DNA of 64,000 nt, taken from contig CAXXWS020000002.1 of the NCBI GenBank assembly GCA_963665325.3, forward strand, positions 1,274,694-1,338,693, written 5' to 3'. The position numbers were made by a program, and so were the translations under genes. The notes under the pieces are model-generated. The model was not told the DNA's origin. It saw only the letters and a list, made by a program, of their open reading frames with translations, and ran no database searches. This DNA is from Alphaproteobacteria bacterium. GTDB lineage: Bacteria; Pseudomonadota; Alphaproteobacteria; Bin95. Numbering within the stretch: the first letter of the stretch is position 1; each line of letters begins with the position of its first letter. Positions 39,446 through 48,697 of this stretch are shown here, one piece after another.

Positions 39446-40626
39446 CGTCCTCCGGCGGAGGCCCGTCAACCGGGACGCCGCCTCTCCGACATCCGGCGGC
39501 GCTGGCGCTTGCCGGGTGCCTGGCGCTGGCGGTCGCCATCGGGATCGGGCGCTTCGTCTATACGCCGATCCTGCCGTTCATGACGGCCGGGCTGGGGCTC
39601 GGAAAATCCGAGGCCGGGCTGATCGCCTCGGCCAACTTCCTGGGCTACCTGCTGGGCGCGCTGGCGGCGGCGTGGAAGCCTGTACCCGGCGACCGCCGGG
39701 CCTGGCTGATGGGCGCACTCGCGGTGAGCGCAGCGACGACCGGCGGTATGGGGCTGACGGAGGATCTGGGCGCGTTCCTCGCCCTGCGCTTCGTGAACGG
39801 AGCCGTCGCCGCGCTGGTGATGGTGCTGGCGTCCTCGCTGACGATGGACCGGCTGGCCACCGCCGGACGGGCGGTATGGGCGGCGGGAATCTATGGGGGT
39901 GTCGGATTCGGTATCGCAATCTCGTCGCTGGCGGTTCCCGCGGCGGCTGCCAGTGGAGGCGACTCGCAGGGACCCTGGCTCATCTGCGGCGCGCTTTCGC
40001 TGGCGCTCGCGATTCCTGTCTGGCTGTTGCTACAGGGACGGCAGGAGCCTGCGCGCTCACCGGCGGCCATCGGAGCAGGCGCCAGCGAAAGGGCAGACGG
40101 CTTCGCCCGGTTTGCGCTTGCCTACGGGCTGTTCGGTTTCGGCTATGTGATCACGGCCACCTTCATCTCCGACATGGTGCGCGCCGATCCCGCCTTGCAG
40201 TCGGCGGAAAATGTCGTCTGGTTATGCGTCGGGTTGGCGGCGGCGCCGTCGGTGGCGTTCTGGGGCTGGGCCGGGCAGCGGTGGGGCAACGAGCAGGCGT
40301 TCGCGGCCGCGTGTCTGGTCGAGGCGTTCGCCGTGCTGCTGAGCGTGCTGAGCGGCGGCGTCTGGCCCGTGCTGCTGGCCGCGGCCCTTCTCGGCGGCAC
40401 CTTCATGGGGCTGACGGCGCTCGGCCTCGTCAATGCCCGGCGCCTGTCCGTGGGCGATCCGCGCCGCAGCCTTGCGCTGATAACCGCGGCCTTCGGCCTC
40501 GGTCAGATGATCGGGCCGGCGCTCGCGGGCGTCCTGCACGACTGGACGGGCAGTTACCTCGCCCCTTCGCTCATGGCCGCAACAGCCCTCGCCGTTGCCG
40601 CCGCCGCTGCGCTGGCGGCGCGGTAA
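39442..40626 (+). CDS. YbfB/YjiJ-family MFS transporter
   Basis: AIGIGRFVYTPILP, ASANFLGYLLGA, FGFGYVITATF. Confidence 0.88.
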   Translation: MTSSGGGPSTGTPPLRHPAALALAGCLALAVAIGIGRFVYTPILPFMTAGLGLGKSEAGLIASANFLGYLLGALAAAWKPVPGDRRAWLMGALAVSAATTGGMGLTEDLGAFLALRFVNGAVAALVMVLASSLTMDRLATAGRAVWAAGIYGGVGFGIAISSLAVPAAAASGGDSQGPWLICGALSLALAIPVWLLLQGRQEPARSPAAIGAGASERADGFARFALAYGLFGFGYVITATFISDMVRADPALQSAENVVWLCVGLAAAPSVAFWGWAGQRWGNEQAFAAACLVEAFAVLLSVLSGGVWPVLLAAALLGGTFMGLTALGLVNARRLSVGDPRRSLALITAAFGLGQMIGPALAGVLHDWTGSYLAPSLMAATALAVAAAAALAAR

Positions 40627-40637
40627 ACGGCTGAATG

Positions 40638-41390
40638 TCAGGTGAGATAATTTCCGCCGTTCACATGGACCGTCTGTCCGGTGATGCGTCGCGCGGCTGC
40701 GGACGCCAGGAAGACCGCCAGATCGGCCACGTCTTCGGGCAATGTCAGCCCTTTCAGCGGGAGCTGTTCTGCCGCTTCCGCGATCTCGGCCTCGGTCATC
40801 CCGTAACGGGGCTGGGCCGTATCCGCGAGTCCCGGCGCGATTGCGTTCACGCGGATACCGCAGGGCGCAAGCTCAAGGGCGGTCGCGCGTGTCAGGCCGA
40901 CAAGGCCGGCTTTCGACGCGACATAATGCGCCCCGCGCGGGGACGAGCGGAACGCCGCGCCGGACGCGATGTTCACGATGGCTCCCTCCCGACCGGCGGT
41001 GGCCATGCGCCGCGCCGCGGCGGAGGAACAGAGGAACGGGCCTTTCAGGTTCACCGTCAGGACCCCGTCCCAATCGGCTTCCGTCATGTCGAGGAAGGCG
41101 GTGCGCGGAAAGATTGCGGCATTGTTCACGAGGATATCGACGCCGCCGAGACCGTCGGCGGCCGCCATGAGTCGTTCGACCCCGGCAGGCTGCGAGACAT
41201 CGGCCTGCACGGCCACCGCGTCTGCGCCTGCCGACCGTGCCGACGTGACCACGGCGGCGGCGGCCTCTTCGTCATCGAGATAATTGACGACGACGGAAGC
41301 ACCGGCCTTGGCGGCGGCCAGCGCGGTGGCGGCCCCGATGCCCTGCTGCGCCCCCGTGACAACGGCAACCCTGCCTGCAAGAACGGTCAT
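40638..41390 (-). CDS. short-chain dehydrogenase/reductase
   Basis: VTGAQQGIG, LVNNAA, YVASK, IRVNAIAPG; start ATG 41390 after AAGAG. Confidence 0.9.
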   Translation of the reverse strand: MTVLAGRVAVVTGAQQGIGAATALAAAKAGASVVVNYLDDEEAAAAVVTSARSAGADAVAVQADVSQPAGVERLMAAADGLGGVDILVNNAAIFPRTAFLDMTEADWDGVLTVNLKGPFLCSSAAARRMATAGREGAIVNIASGAAFRSSPRGAHYVASKAGLVGLTRATALELAPCGIRVNAIAPGLADTAQPRYGMTEAEIAEAAEQLPLKGLTLPEDVADLAVFLASAAARRITGQTVHVNGGNYLT

Positions 41391-41700
41391 CGAACTTCTC
41401 TCTTGAGCGGTTGCGCCAAGGGAGTCACAAATCTCGACGATGCACAACAGTAGTGCCGGCCCGCACGCTCCACCGTGGCCAGTCTCTGGCGGCGCATTCG
41501 CCCTGACGTCGACATGGTCGCCGCCGCCCGGCAGGTCGAACAGGAGGTCTGCAAGATGAAGGTGACGGTAGCGGCCCTGTTCGGACCGGCGTCCGGACCT
41601 GTATGGGACGTTGTTGACCGTTGATGGATGCACAAACGGTATATGAGTCAAATTTCGCGAGAAAAGCTGCTATTTTCGGTGCCCAACAGGAGGTTTAGAA

Positions 41701-41994
41701 ATGGCCATTAGAGTGCTTTTTGAAATGAAGGCGAAACCCGGCACCGGAGCCGATGTCGTATCGCACTTCCGGTCCATCCTGCCGGAAACCCGTTCCCAGG
41801 AAGGCTGCACAAGCGTCGAAGTGCTCCAGAACGGCGACGATGCTGACAATCTGGTGTTGTCGGCCGTTTGGGAAACGCGCGGGCACTATGAGAAATATCT
41901 GGCGTGGCGGCGGGAACGAGGCGACAGCGATCGGCTCTTCGAGGCCCTCACCGAACGTCCGGGAATCCGCTTTTTCGACGTGACCGACGCCTGA
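41701..41994 (+). CDS. antibiotic biosynthesis monooxygenase (ABM)-family protein
   Basis: 97 aa, ETRSQEGC, WETRGHYEKYLAWR; GGAGG RBS. Confidence 0.8.
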   Translation: MAIRVLFEMKAKPGTGADVVSHFRSILPETRSQEGCTSVEVLQNGDDADNLVLSAVWETRGHYEKYLAWRRERGDSDRLFEALTERPGIRFFDVTDA

Positions 41995-42018
41995 TCGGCG
42001 ACGCAGACGGGAGGACCT

Positions 42019-42837
42019 CTACCGCGCGTCCTGCCAGACGACCGGCCAGAGGTCGCTGTCCAGCGGACCGCCCGACGGAATGTCCGGATCGCGGAGCATG
42101 GGCTGGATGCCCGGACGCGGGTAGTACACGACGCCATCCCCTGCCCAGCGGGTGACATAAGCACGCCGCCGCCGGTTCGCGGTCGCGTTGCCAGGTGCGC
42201 CGTGCACGGTCAAGCCGTGATGCACCGTGCAGTCGCCGGGCTCCAGTTCGGGCTGGACGAATTCCAGATCGCCGCGCATCTCCTCGATGTCGGGGACCGG
42301 CGGCAGATCCTCCTTGTAGCGGCCCTTGCCCAGGAAAGCCTCCGCCTTGTAGCGCGTGCCCCACCTGTGGGAGCCCCGGACATACTCGACGGCGCCGGAG
42401 GCCGCATCCACCGGGTCGAGCGCCAGCCAGAGCGTGCAGACCTGGTCCCCGTCGATGGGCCAGTAGGGCAGGTCATGGTGCCAGCGGGTCATCTCCTGCG
42501 TTCCCGGTTCCTTGATGAGGAACTGGTCGAACACGATGTTGACCTTGCCGGCCCCCATGATGCGGGCGGCGATCCGCGCCGCCGGCGAGTTGAACACGAT
42601 GTCCCGGAAGTCGTCATTGCGGGGCCAGAGGAATGTGTTGTTGAAGAAGCGGCCGGGGTCGCCGTCCTTCGCCAGCTCCTGCTTCATCTCGCCCGGCGTG
42701 CTCATGTCCGCCTCGGCGAGGCCGCGCACGCGCTCGACCCAGTCTCTGTCGAACAGGCCCTTGAGCAGGACGACCCCGTCCTCCCGGAAAGTGCGGATTT
42801 CCTCGTCGGTCACGTCGCGCAGGGGTTCGCGGTTCAT
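42019..42837 (-). CDS. phytanoyl-CoA dioxygenase (PhyH)-family protein
   Basis: FREDGVV, WHHDLPYW, WLALD, PGDCTVHHGLTVHG. Confidence 0.9.
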   Translation of the reverse strand: MNREPLRDVTDEEIRTFREDGVVLLKGLFDRDWVERVRGLAEADMSTPGEMKQELAKDGDPGRFFNNTFLWPRNDDFRDIVFNSPAARIAARIMGAGKVNIVFDQFLIKEPGTQEMTRWHHDLPYWPIDGDQVCTLWLALDPVDAASGAVEYVRGSHRWGTRYKAEAFLGKGRYKEDLPPVPDIEEMRGDLEFVQPELEPGDCTVHHGLTVHGAPGNATANRRRRAYVTRWAGDGVVYYPRPGIQPMLRDPDIPSGGPLDSDLWPVVWQDAR

Positions 42838-42877
42838 CTCGATTCCTCCTCCAGCCAGGGGCTGAGGCCGATAGCCG

Positions 42878-43972
42878 TCAGTTATAGCCCGTCTCGTCGA
42901 GATCGAGCAGCGGGTAGCCGCTGAAGACCGAGGGCTGGGAGGTCAGCCCGGCGCGGGCGACATAGTCCGGGCCGAGGTCCTGCCAGCCCGTGCAGCCCAT
43001 CAGGCCGAGCGCAGTAACGACCTCGTCTTCCAGAAGCTCCAGCATGGTGACGACGCCCGCTTCCCCGTTTGCGGCGAGGGCAGCCGCCGACAGCCGTCCG
43101 ATGCCGACCGCACTTGCGCCGAGCGCCAGCGCCTTGACGACATCCGTGCCGCGCAGGATGCCGCCGTCAACCCAGACCTCGGCCTTGCCGTCAACCGCGA
43201 TGACCGCTTCCGGCAGAATGTCCAGCGCGCCCCGCCCCGCATCGAGTTGCCGGCCGCCATGGTTCGAGACATAGACGACATCCACCCCGTGCTCGACGCA
43301 GAGCGCGGCATCCTCGCCCGTGCCGATGCCCTTGATGATGAGGGGGATGTCGTGGCGGTCCTTGAAGCGCTTCACGTTGTCCCAGTTGAAGGCGCCCTGG
43401 AACTCCATATTGCGGTTGTCGATGCGCCAGGGCTTGACGAAACGCTTGGCGATATCGCGCTCGCGCCGGCTGTAGTGGGCGGTATCGACGGTGATGCAGA
43501 ACGCGGTGTAGCCGGCGGCGATGGCGCGCCGTGCGATGTCGTCCACCCAGGCGTCGTCGCCCCTGACATAGAGCTGATAGACCTTGGGATTGGGCGCCGC
43601 CCCGGCAGTCTCCTCCAGGCCCGGTTGCGAGACCGAACTTTGAATGTTCATGGTGCCGAAGGCGTGCGCCGCCCGCGCCGCCGCCGCACCGCCGTCGGGG
43701 TCGAAGCTCTGGAGCGAACCGATGGGTGCCAGCAGCACCGGCAGACGCAGGTTCTGACCGAGCACGCGCTTGCGCGCCGAAACGCTGGAGACATCGCGCA
43801 ACACACGGTGTTTCAGGGCCAGCCGATCGAGCGCCATGCGGTTGCGCCGGAGAGTCGCCTCGCTCTCGCTGCCGCCTGCCAGATAGTCCCAATAGTTGCT
43901 GTTCAGATTGTTATGGGCGCGGTGGACGATCTCGTGAAGGCACAGGAACTCGCCTTCGGTCTGGCTAACCAT
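42878..43972 (-). CDS. FMN-dependent alpha-hydroxy acid oxidase/dehydrogenase
   Basis: DYLAGG, IIKGI, SNHGGRQLD, DGGILRGTDVVKALALGA. Confidence 0.92.
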   Translation of the reverse strand: MVSQTEGEFLCLHEIVHRAHNNLNSNYWDYLAGGSESEATLRRNRMALDRLALKHRVLRDVSSVSARKRVLGQNLRLPVLLAPIGSLQSFDPDGGAAAARAAHAFGTMNIQSSVSQPGLEETAGAAPNPKVYQLYVRGDDAWVDDIARRAIAAGYTAFCITVDTAHYSRRERDIAKRFVKPWRIDNRNMEFQGAFNWDNVKRFKDRHDIPLIIKGIGTGEDAALCVEHGVDVVYVSNHGGRQLDAGRGALDILPEAVIAVDGKAEVWVDGGILRGTDVVKALALGASAVGIGRLSAAALAANGEAGVVTMLELLEDEVVTALGLMGCTGWQDLGPDYVARAGLTSQPSVFSGYPLLDLDETGYN

Positions 43973-44121
43973 GGAACCTGCTCTCGAAAAGGGGACGGGC
44001 GAGCATCCACCATTCGATTGCAGGGTCAAGCGAACGCGCCCGCTCGCGGCCGGCTGTATGCCGTGCTTTCCCTCCGCTATCCTGCGGTACGCCGGACCCG
44101 GAACGAGAGGATATCCGAAGG

Positions 44122-45255
44122 ATGAAAATGACCGCCGCCGTGCTGGTGCAATGCGGAGCGCAGCGCCCGTTCGCCCACAGCAGGCCCGTGGAGATCATGG
44201 AGGTCGAACTCGACCCGCCGGGGCCGGGCGAGGTGCTGGTGAAGATCGGCGGGGCGGGCCTCTGCCATTCGGACCTCTCGCTGCTGAACGGCGACCGGCC
44301 CCGGCCGGTGCCGATGGTGCTGGGCCATGAGGGCTCCGGCATCTGCGTCGAGACGGGGCCCGGCGTCCACGACATCAAGCCGGACGACCATATCGTCTTC
44401 CAGTTCGGCTCCGCTTGCGGGCGCTGCAGGCGCTGCCTGGAGGGACGCCCCCAGGTATGCGAGACGGCGGCGCAGACCAAGGGGCTCGGGCAGCTCATGT
44501 CCGGCGAACGGCGCCTGAAGCTGAACGGCGAATATATCTCGCACCACACCGGCATTTCCTGCATGGCCGAATATGCGGTGGTGGACCGGGGAACCTGCGT
44601 CGTCGTGGACAAGCGGATCGACATCGAGGACGCCGCGCTGTTCGGCTGCGCGGTGATGACGGGCGCAGGCGCGGTCATCAACACGGCGAGAGTGCGCGCC
44701 GGCGACAGCGTGGCCATCGTCGGGCTGGGCGGCGTCGGGCTGAACGGGCTGCTGGGCGCGAAGCTCGCCGGCGCGGGCCAGATCATCGCCATCGATCTGG
44801 AAGACTCGAAACTGGGTCTGGCGCGGCAATTGGGCGCGACCCACACCGTCAACGCCCGCGACGCCGACCATATCGAGCAGATCCGCGACATTTCCAACGG
44901 CGGCGTCGATTTTGCGGTCGAGCTTGCGGGCACGATCAAGGCGATGGAAACGGCCTGGAAGAGCACGCGCTACGGCGGGGCCGTTGTCACGGCCGGCCTC
45001 TCGCCTGCCGTGGCCGATTTCAGCTTCAACCACGGCGAACTGGTGGCCCAGGAGAAGTCGATCCTCGGCTCCTATATGGGAAGCTGCGTGCCGGTGCGGG
45101 ACATTCCGCGCTTCATCGACCTCTACCTCCAGGGGCGGATGCCGGTGGACCGTCTGATCGACGGTAAGATCGGCTTTGACGAGATCAATGCGGGCTTCGA
45201 CAAGCTGCAGGACGTCGCGACGGTGCGGCAGATACTCGCGCCGCACAGCGCATGA
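44122..45255 (+). CDS. zinc-dependent alcohol dehydrogenase (class III-like)
   Basis: LCHSD, GHEG, CGRCRRC...C, GCAVMTG, GLGGVG. Confidence 0.92.
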   Translation: MKMTAAVLVQCGAQRPFAHSRPVEIMEVELDPPGPGEVLVKIGGAGLCHSDLSLLNGDRPRPVPMVLGHEGSGICVETGPGVHDIKPDDHIVFQFGSACGRCRRCLEGRPQVCETAAQTKGLGQLMSGERRLKLNGEYISHHTGISCMAEYAVVDRGTCVVVDKRIDIEDAALFGCAVMTGAGAVINTARVRAGDSVAIVGLGGVGLNGLLGAKLAGAGQIIAIDLEDSKLGLARQLGATHTVNARDADHIEQIRDISNGGVDFAVELAGTIKAMETAWKSTRYGGAVVTAGLSPAVADFSFNHGELVAQEKSILGSYMGSCVPVRDIPRFIDLYLQGRMPVDRLIDGKIGFDEINAGFDKLQDVATVRQILAPHSA

Positions 45256-46838
45256 TCGCAGGCTGGCAGGTCGCTTGGGCTGCTTCGCAGCACGGCGACC
45301 GCGAGGCCCTGGTCTTCGAAGACCGCCGCTTCACCTTCCGTGAGGCCAATGCGCGGGCCAGCAGGCTCGCCAATGCCTTGCGGGCAGCGGGGATCGTCCC
45401 CGGCGAGCGGGTCGGCGTGCTGATGCGGAACTCGGTAGAGGCGGTCGACGCCAATTTCGGCCTGCTCAAGGGTGGCTTTGCGAGCGTGCCCCTGAACGAC
45501 CGCCACACGCCCGCCGAACATGCCGACATCCTGAACGATGGCGAGGTCTCCGTGGTGCTCGGCGGGCCGGGCTTCGAGGACGCGATTGCGGAAGCCGCCG
45601 CGGCGGCGCCCTCGGTCCGGCTTGTCGTCGGAGCCGGTTGGGGGGACGTGGACTACGACCGCTTCACTGCCGCCGCCTCCGCCGACGAGCCGAATGTCGA
45701 GGTGGAACCTTCGAACCTCATGCGCCTGACCTATACCTCGGGCTCGACTGGCCGACCGAAGGGGGGCGTCGGTACATTCCGGCGCTTCGAGGCCCGACTC
45801 GACAACTTCTTCGCATCGCTGGAATACGCGCTCGGCCGCGGCCACAGCATGTTGCATGTGGGCCCGTTGTCGCATGTGGCCGGCAACTATCTGCTGCCCT
45901 GCTTCATGCGGGGCGCGCGCGGGATCGTGCTGCCGCGTTTCGACCCGGAAGCGGTGCTCGATGCCATCGAACGCTTCCGAATCGATCACGCGCTGCTAGT
46001 CCCGACCATGATCGTCCGGCTCGTCGATGCCATTGAGCCCGGCCGCCGCGATATTTCCAGCCTCAGTCGGATCAACTACGGCACCGCGCCGATCCCGGTT
46101 GAGACCCTGCGCCGGGGTATCGGCCTGCTGGGCCCGGTATTCCGTCAGCATTACGGCATGTCCGAGGCCAACAGCCCGCTGACCCTTCTCTATCCCGACG
46201 AGCATGTGCCCGACGGCAGCCCGGAAGAGACCGCGCGGCTCGCCTCCTGCGGCCGGCCGGTTGCCGGCCTGGACATTCGCGTGTTCGGGCCGGACGGGCA
46301 CAGCCTGCCGCCCGGCGAGGTCGGCGAGATCGTCATCCGTTCGCGTGGGGCGGCGGAGGTGGAATACTGGCGGCGACCGGACCTCACCGCCGAGGCGGTT
46401 CGCGATGGCTGGTTCCACACCGGCGACCTCGGGCGTTTCGACGAGGCGGGCTATCTGTTCATTGTCGGGCGCATCAAGGACATGATCATCACCGGCGGCT
46501 TCAATGTTTACGCCCGCGAGGTGGAGGACGCGCTCTACCGCCACCCGGCGGTGCTGGAGGCCGCCGTCTGCGGTGTGCAGGACCCGGAATGGGGCGAGGT
46601 CGTGGCGGCGATGATCGCGCCGAAGCCCGGCTTGGACATCGACGAGGCGGACGTTCGGGCGCATTGCAGCGGGGCGCTGGCCGGTTACAAACGCCCGCGT
46701 GTGCTTGTTTTCAGCGACGCGCTGCCGAAGACGGGAAGCGGCAAGATGGCCAAGCAGGCCATCCGCCCGCTGTTGCAGGCCGCCCATGGCGACCTTGCGG
46801 GGCAGGGTGAGACTGCCGGTGTGATGGCTCGCTATTGA
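45252..46838 (+). CDS. acyl-CoA synthetase/AMP-binding protein
   Basis: YTSGSTGRPKG, YGMSE, FHTGD, GRIKDMIITGG, LPKTGSGK. Confidence 0.9.
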   Translation: MIAGWQVAWAASQHGDREALVFEDRRFTFREANARASRLANALRAAGIVPGERVGVLMRNSVEAVDANFGLLKGGFASVPLNDRHTPAEHADILNDGEVSVVLGGPGFEDAIAEAAAAAPSVRLVVGAGWGDVDYDRFTAAASADEPNVEVEPSNLMRLTYTSGSTGRPKGGVGTFRRFEARLDNFFASLEYALGRGHSMLHVGPLSHVAGNYLLPCFMRGARGIVLPRFDPEAVLDAIERFRIDHALLVPTMIVRLVDAIEPGRRDISSLSRINYGTAPIPVETLRRGIGLLGPVFRQHYGMSEANSPLTLLYPDEHVPDGSPEETARLASCGRPVAGLDIRVFGPDGHSLPPGEVGEIVIRSRGAAEVEYWRRPDLTAEAVRDGWFHTGDLGRFDEAGYLFIVGRIKDMIITGGFNVYAREVEDALYRHPAVLEAAVCGVQDPEWGEVVAAMIAPKPGLDIDEADVRAHCSGALAGYKRPRVLVFSDALPKTGSGKMAKQAIRPLLQAAHGDLAGQGETAGVMARY

Positions 46839-46840
46839 CT

Positions 46841-46855
46841 GCGGCATTTTGACGC
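46841..46855 (+). promoter_or_regulatory. possible RegA/PrrA/RegR box upstream of the USP gene
   Basis: GCGGC-ATTTT-GACGC vs GCGGC-N5-GTCGC. Confidence 0.35.
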
Positions 46856-46927
46856 GATTTGATGGCGCTGCCGCAAATCGCAGGCATGGGGATTCCCCCC
46901 ATGCGGCCGAAGCGGAAGGAGGGATCG

Positions 46928-47734
46928 ATGAAAACCGTGTTGGTGCCAATGAACGAGGCCGGGGGAATCGCCTCGATGCTGGCCTGCGCGCGGGTCGTGG
47001 CGGGGCGCTTCGGTTCCCATGTGGAGGGCTTCTACCAGCGCCGGTCGCTGCCGGACATCATGGCGGCCGGGGCGGCGGATGCGGCGTCGCCGGCATTGCT
47101 CGACGACCTTGAGCGCCGCGACAACGAGGCGTCGGCCCGAGCCCGCAATTTGTTCGAATCCTCGCTCGACGGCCACTCGCATCAGTGGCGGGAAGAGGTG
47201 GCGCGCCATCTCGACGTCTCCGAGCGGGCCCGCGCTTTCGACGTTACCGTGGTCGGCCGGCCGACGGGCGCCGGCGACTCTCCCTCGATGAGCACGCTGG
47301 AGGCGGTGCTGTTCGAGAGCGGGCGCCCGATGCTGGTCGCCCCGCCCGACGCGCCCGAGGATTTCGGCGCGAGTATCGCGATCCTCTGGAACGGCAGCAC
47401 GGAGACCGCGCGCACGATCGCCATGGGCATGGCGCTGCTGAAGCGGGCAGAGCACATTCAGGTGATAACCGTCGAGGGTGTGTTCGTGCCGGGGCCGAGC
47501 GCTGCGGACATGGCGGAAGGCCTTTCCCGGCATGGGCTGCCGGCCGAAGCAGCGGTGCGGCAGCGGGGACGGCGCAGCGACGGCGAGGCCATGCTGGAGG
47601 AGGCCGCCGCGTTCGGAGCCGATCTGGTTTTCAAGGGCGGCTACACCAGCAGCCGCCTGCGCCAGATGATCCTGGGCGGCCCCACCAGCCACATCCTCGC
47701 GGAAAGCCGGCTCCCGGTCTTCATGGCGCACTGA
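46928..47734 (+). CDS. universal stress protein (tandem USP)
   Basis: MKTVLVP, LFESGRPMLVAP, WNGSTETAR, GGYTSSRLRQMILGGPT. Confidence 0.9.
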   Translation: MKTVLVPMNEAGGIASMLACARVVAGRFGSHVEGFYQRRSLPDIMAAGAADAASPALLDDLERRDNEASARARNLFESSLDGHSHQWREEVARHLDVSERARAFDVTVVGRPTGAGDSPSMSTLEAVLFESGRPMLVAPPDAPEDFGASIAILWNGSTETARTIAMGMALLKRAEHIQVITVEGVFVPGPSAADMAEGLSRHGLPAEAAVRQRGRRSDGEAMLEEAAAFGADLVFKGGYTSSRLRQMILGGPTSHILAESRLPVFMAH

Positions 47735-47877
47735 CAGGGTAGGGCGGGGAGACCTTTCCACCGAAGCCGGGCCGCGCGGTCCGGGGCCGCGGGAGGCCGC
47801 GCGTTTCGGTCCCGGAGGACTGCGTTTGGCCGCTGAATAAAATACGGAACAGACTGATTTACAGGGATAAGTTTTTG

Positions 47878-47907
47878 TTGACACCTTGCGGCGGAAGGTC
47901 GCAGACT
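47878..47907 (+). promoter_or_regulatory. sigma70-like promoter with a RegR-consensus box in the spacer
   Basis: TTGACA-N18-CAGACT after an AT-rich tract; GCGGC-GGAAG-GTCGC at 47888-47902. Confidence 0.45.
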
Positions 47908-48092
47908 TTCCATGCAAAGACGGGAATGCGGTGGGCGTTGCCGGCCAGGGTCGAGGGAGGATGTCCATCATGAAACCACCGGTCGAGGATCGCCCCTCAT
48001 AGGGGCCATCCGACAAATGATGCAGACAGGCCCGACCGCCCAGCGGCGGGCAACAGGTCTCCAAGGAGACCAGTCGAAACACCATCGACAGA

Positions 48093-48134
48093 GCCCCGCC
48101 GTGCAACCCAAGTTCCGGCGGGGCCGTTTCATTT
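48093..48134 (+). terminator. intrinsic terminator-like hairpin
   Basis: GCCCCGCCG (48093-101)/CGGCGGGGC (48116-124) followed by CGTTTCATTT. Confidence 0.55.
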
Positions 48135-48152
48135 CCATCCGGAGACTGGGAC

Positions 48153-48584
48153 ATGTTCGTTGCGCAGATCCTCGACGACAAGGGCCATGAAGTGGCGACG
48201 GCCGATCCCGGCGAATCGGTGGCGAGTATCGCCGCGACCCTGACCGAGCGGCATATCGGCGCCATGCCGGTCTCATCTTCCGGAGGCGCCCTGGTCGGGA
48301 TCGTTTCCGAGCGCGATATCGTTGCCGCGCTCGCCGAAAGCGGGCGCGATGTAATGGACCGCCCCGTCGAGGAGATCATGACGCGCCGGGTCATTACCTG
48401 CACGCGCTCGGACCATATAGACGACCTGATGGCGCGGATGACCGAGGGGCGGATGCGCCATTTGCCCGTTCTGGAAGGTGACGTGCTGGTCGGCATCGTT
48501 TCCATCGGCGATGTCGTGAAGGCCCGGATGAGCGAGATCGAAGCCGAGGCGCAGGCCCTCAAGGACTACATCGCCACCGGTTAG
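48153..48584 (+). CDS. CBS domain-containing protein
   Basis: HIGAMPV, GIVSERD, RMRHLPV, GIVSIGDVVK. Confidence 0.92.
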   Translation: MFVAQILDDKGHEVATADPGESVASIAATLTERHIGAMPVSSSGGALVGIVSERDIVAALAESGRDVMDRPVEEIMTRRVITCTRSDHIDDLMARMTEGRMRHLPVLEGDVLVGIVSIGDVVKARMSEIEAEAQALKDYIATG

Positions 48585-48697
48585 GACAGACGCCCGCGAC
48601 TCTTCAGGCTTGCGACGGGCGGCGCGGCCCGATGATGCAGGCGGGGCGGCGATGCACCGGCCCTGCTGTTTTCCCGATGATCCAGGAATCTTTCAAT

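Noticed and set aside
41391-41700. Extended SDR N-terminus or extra small gene
   Set aside because: No recognisable domain; best read as a divergent promoter region
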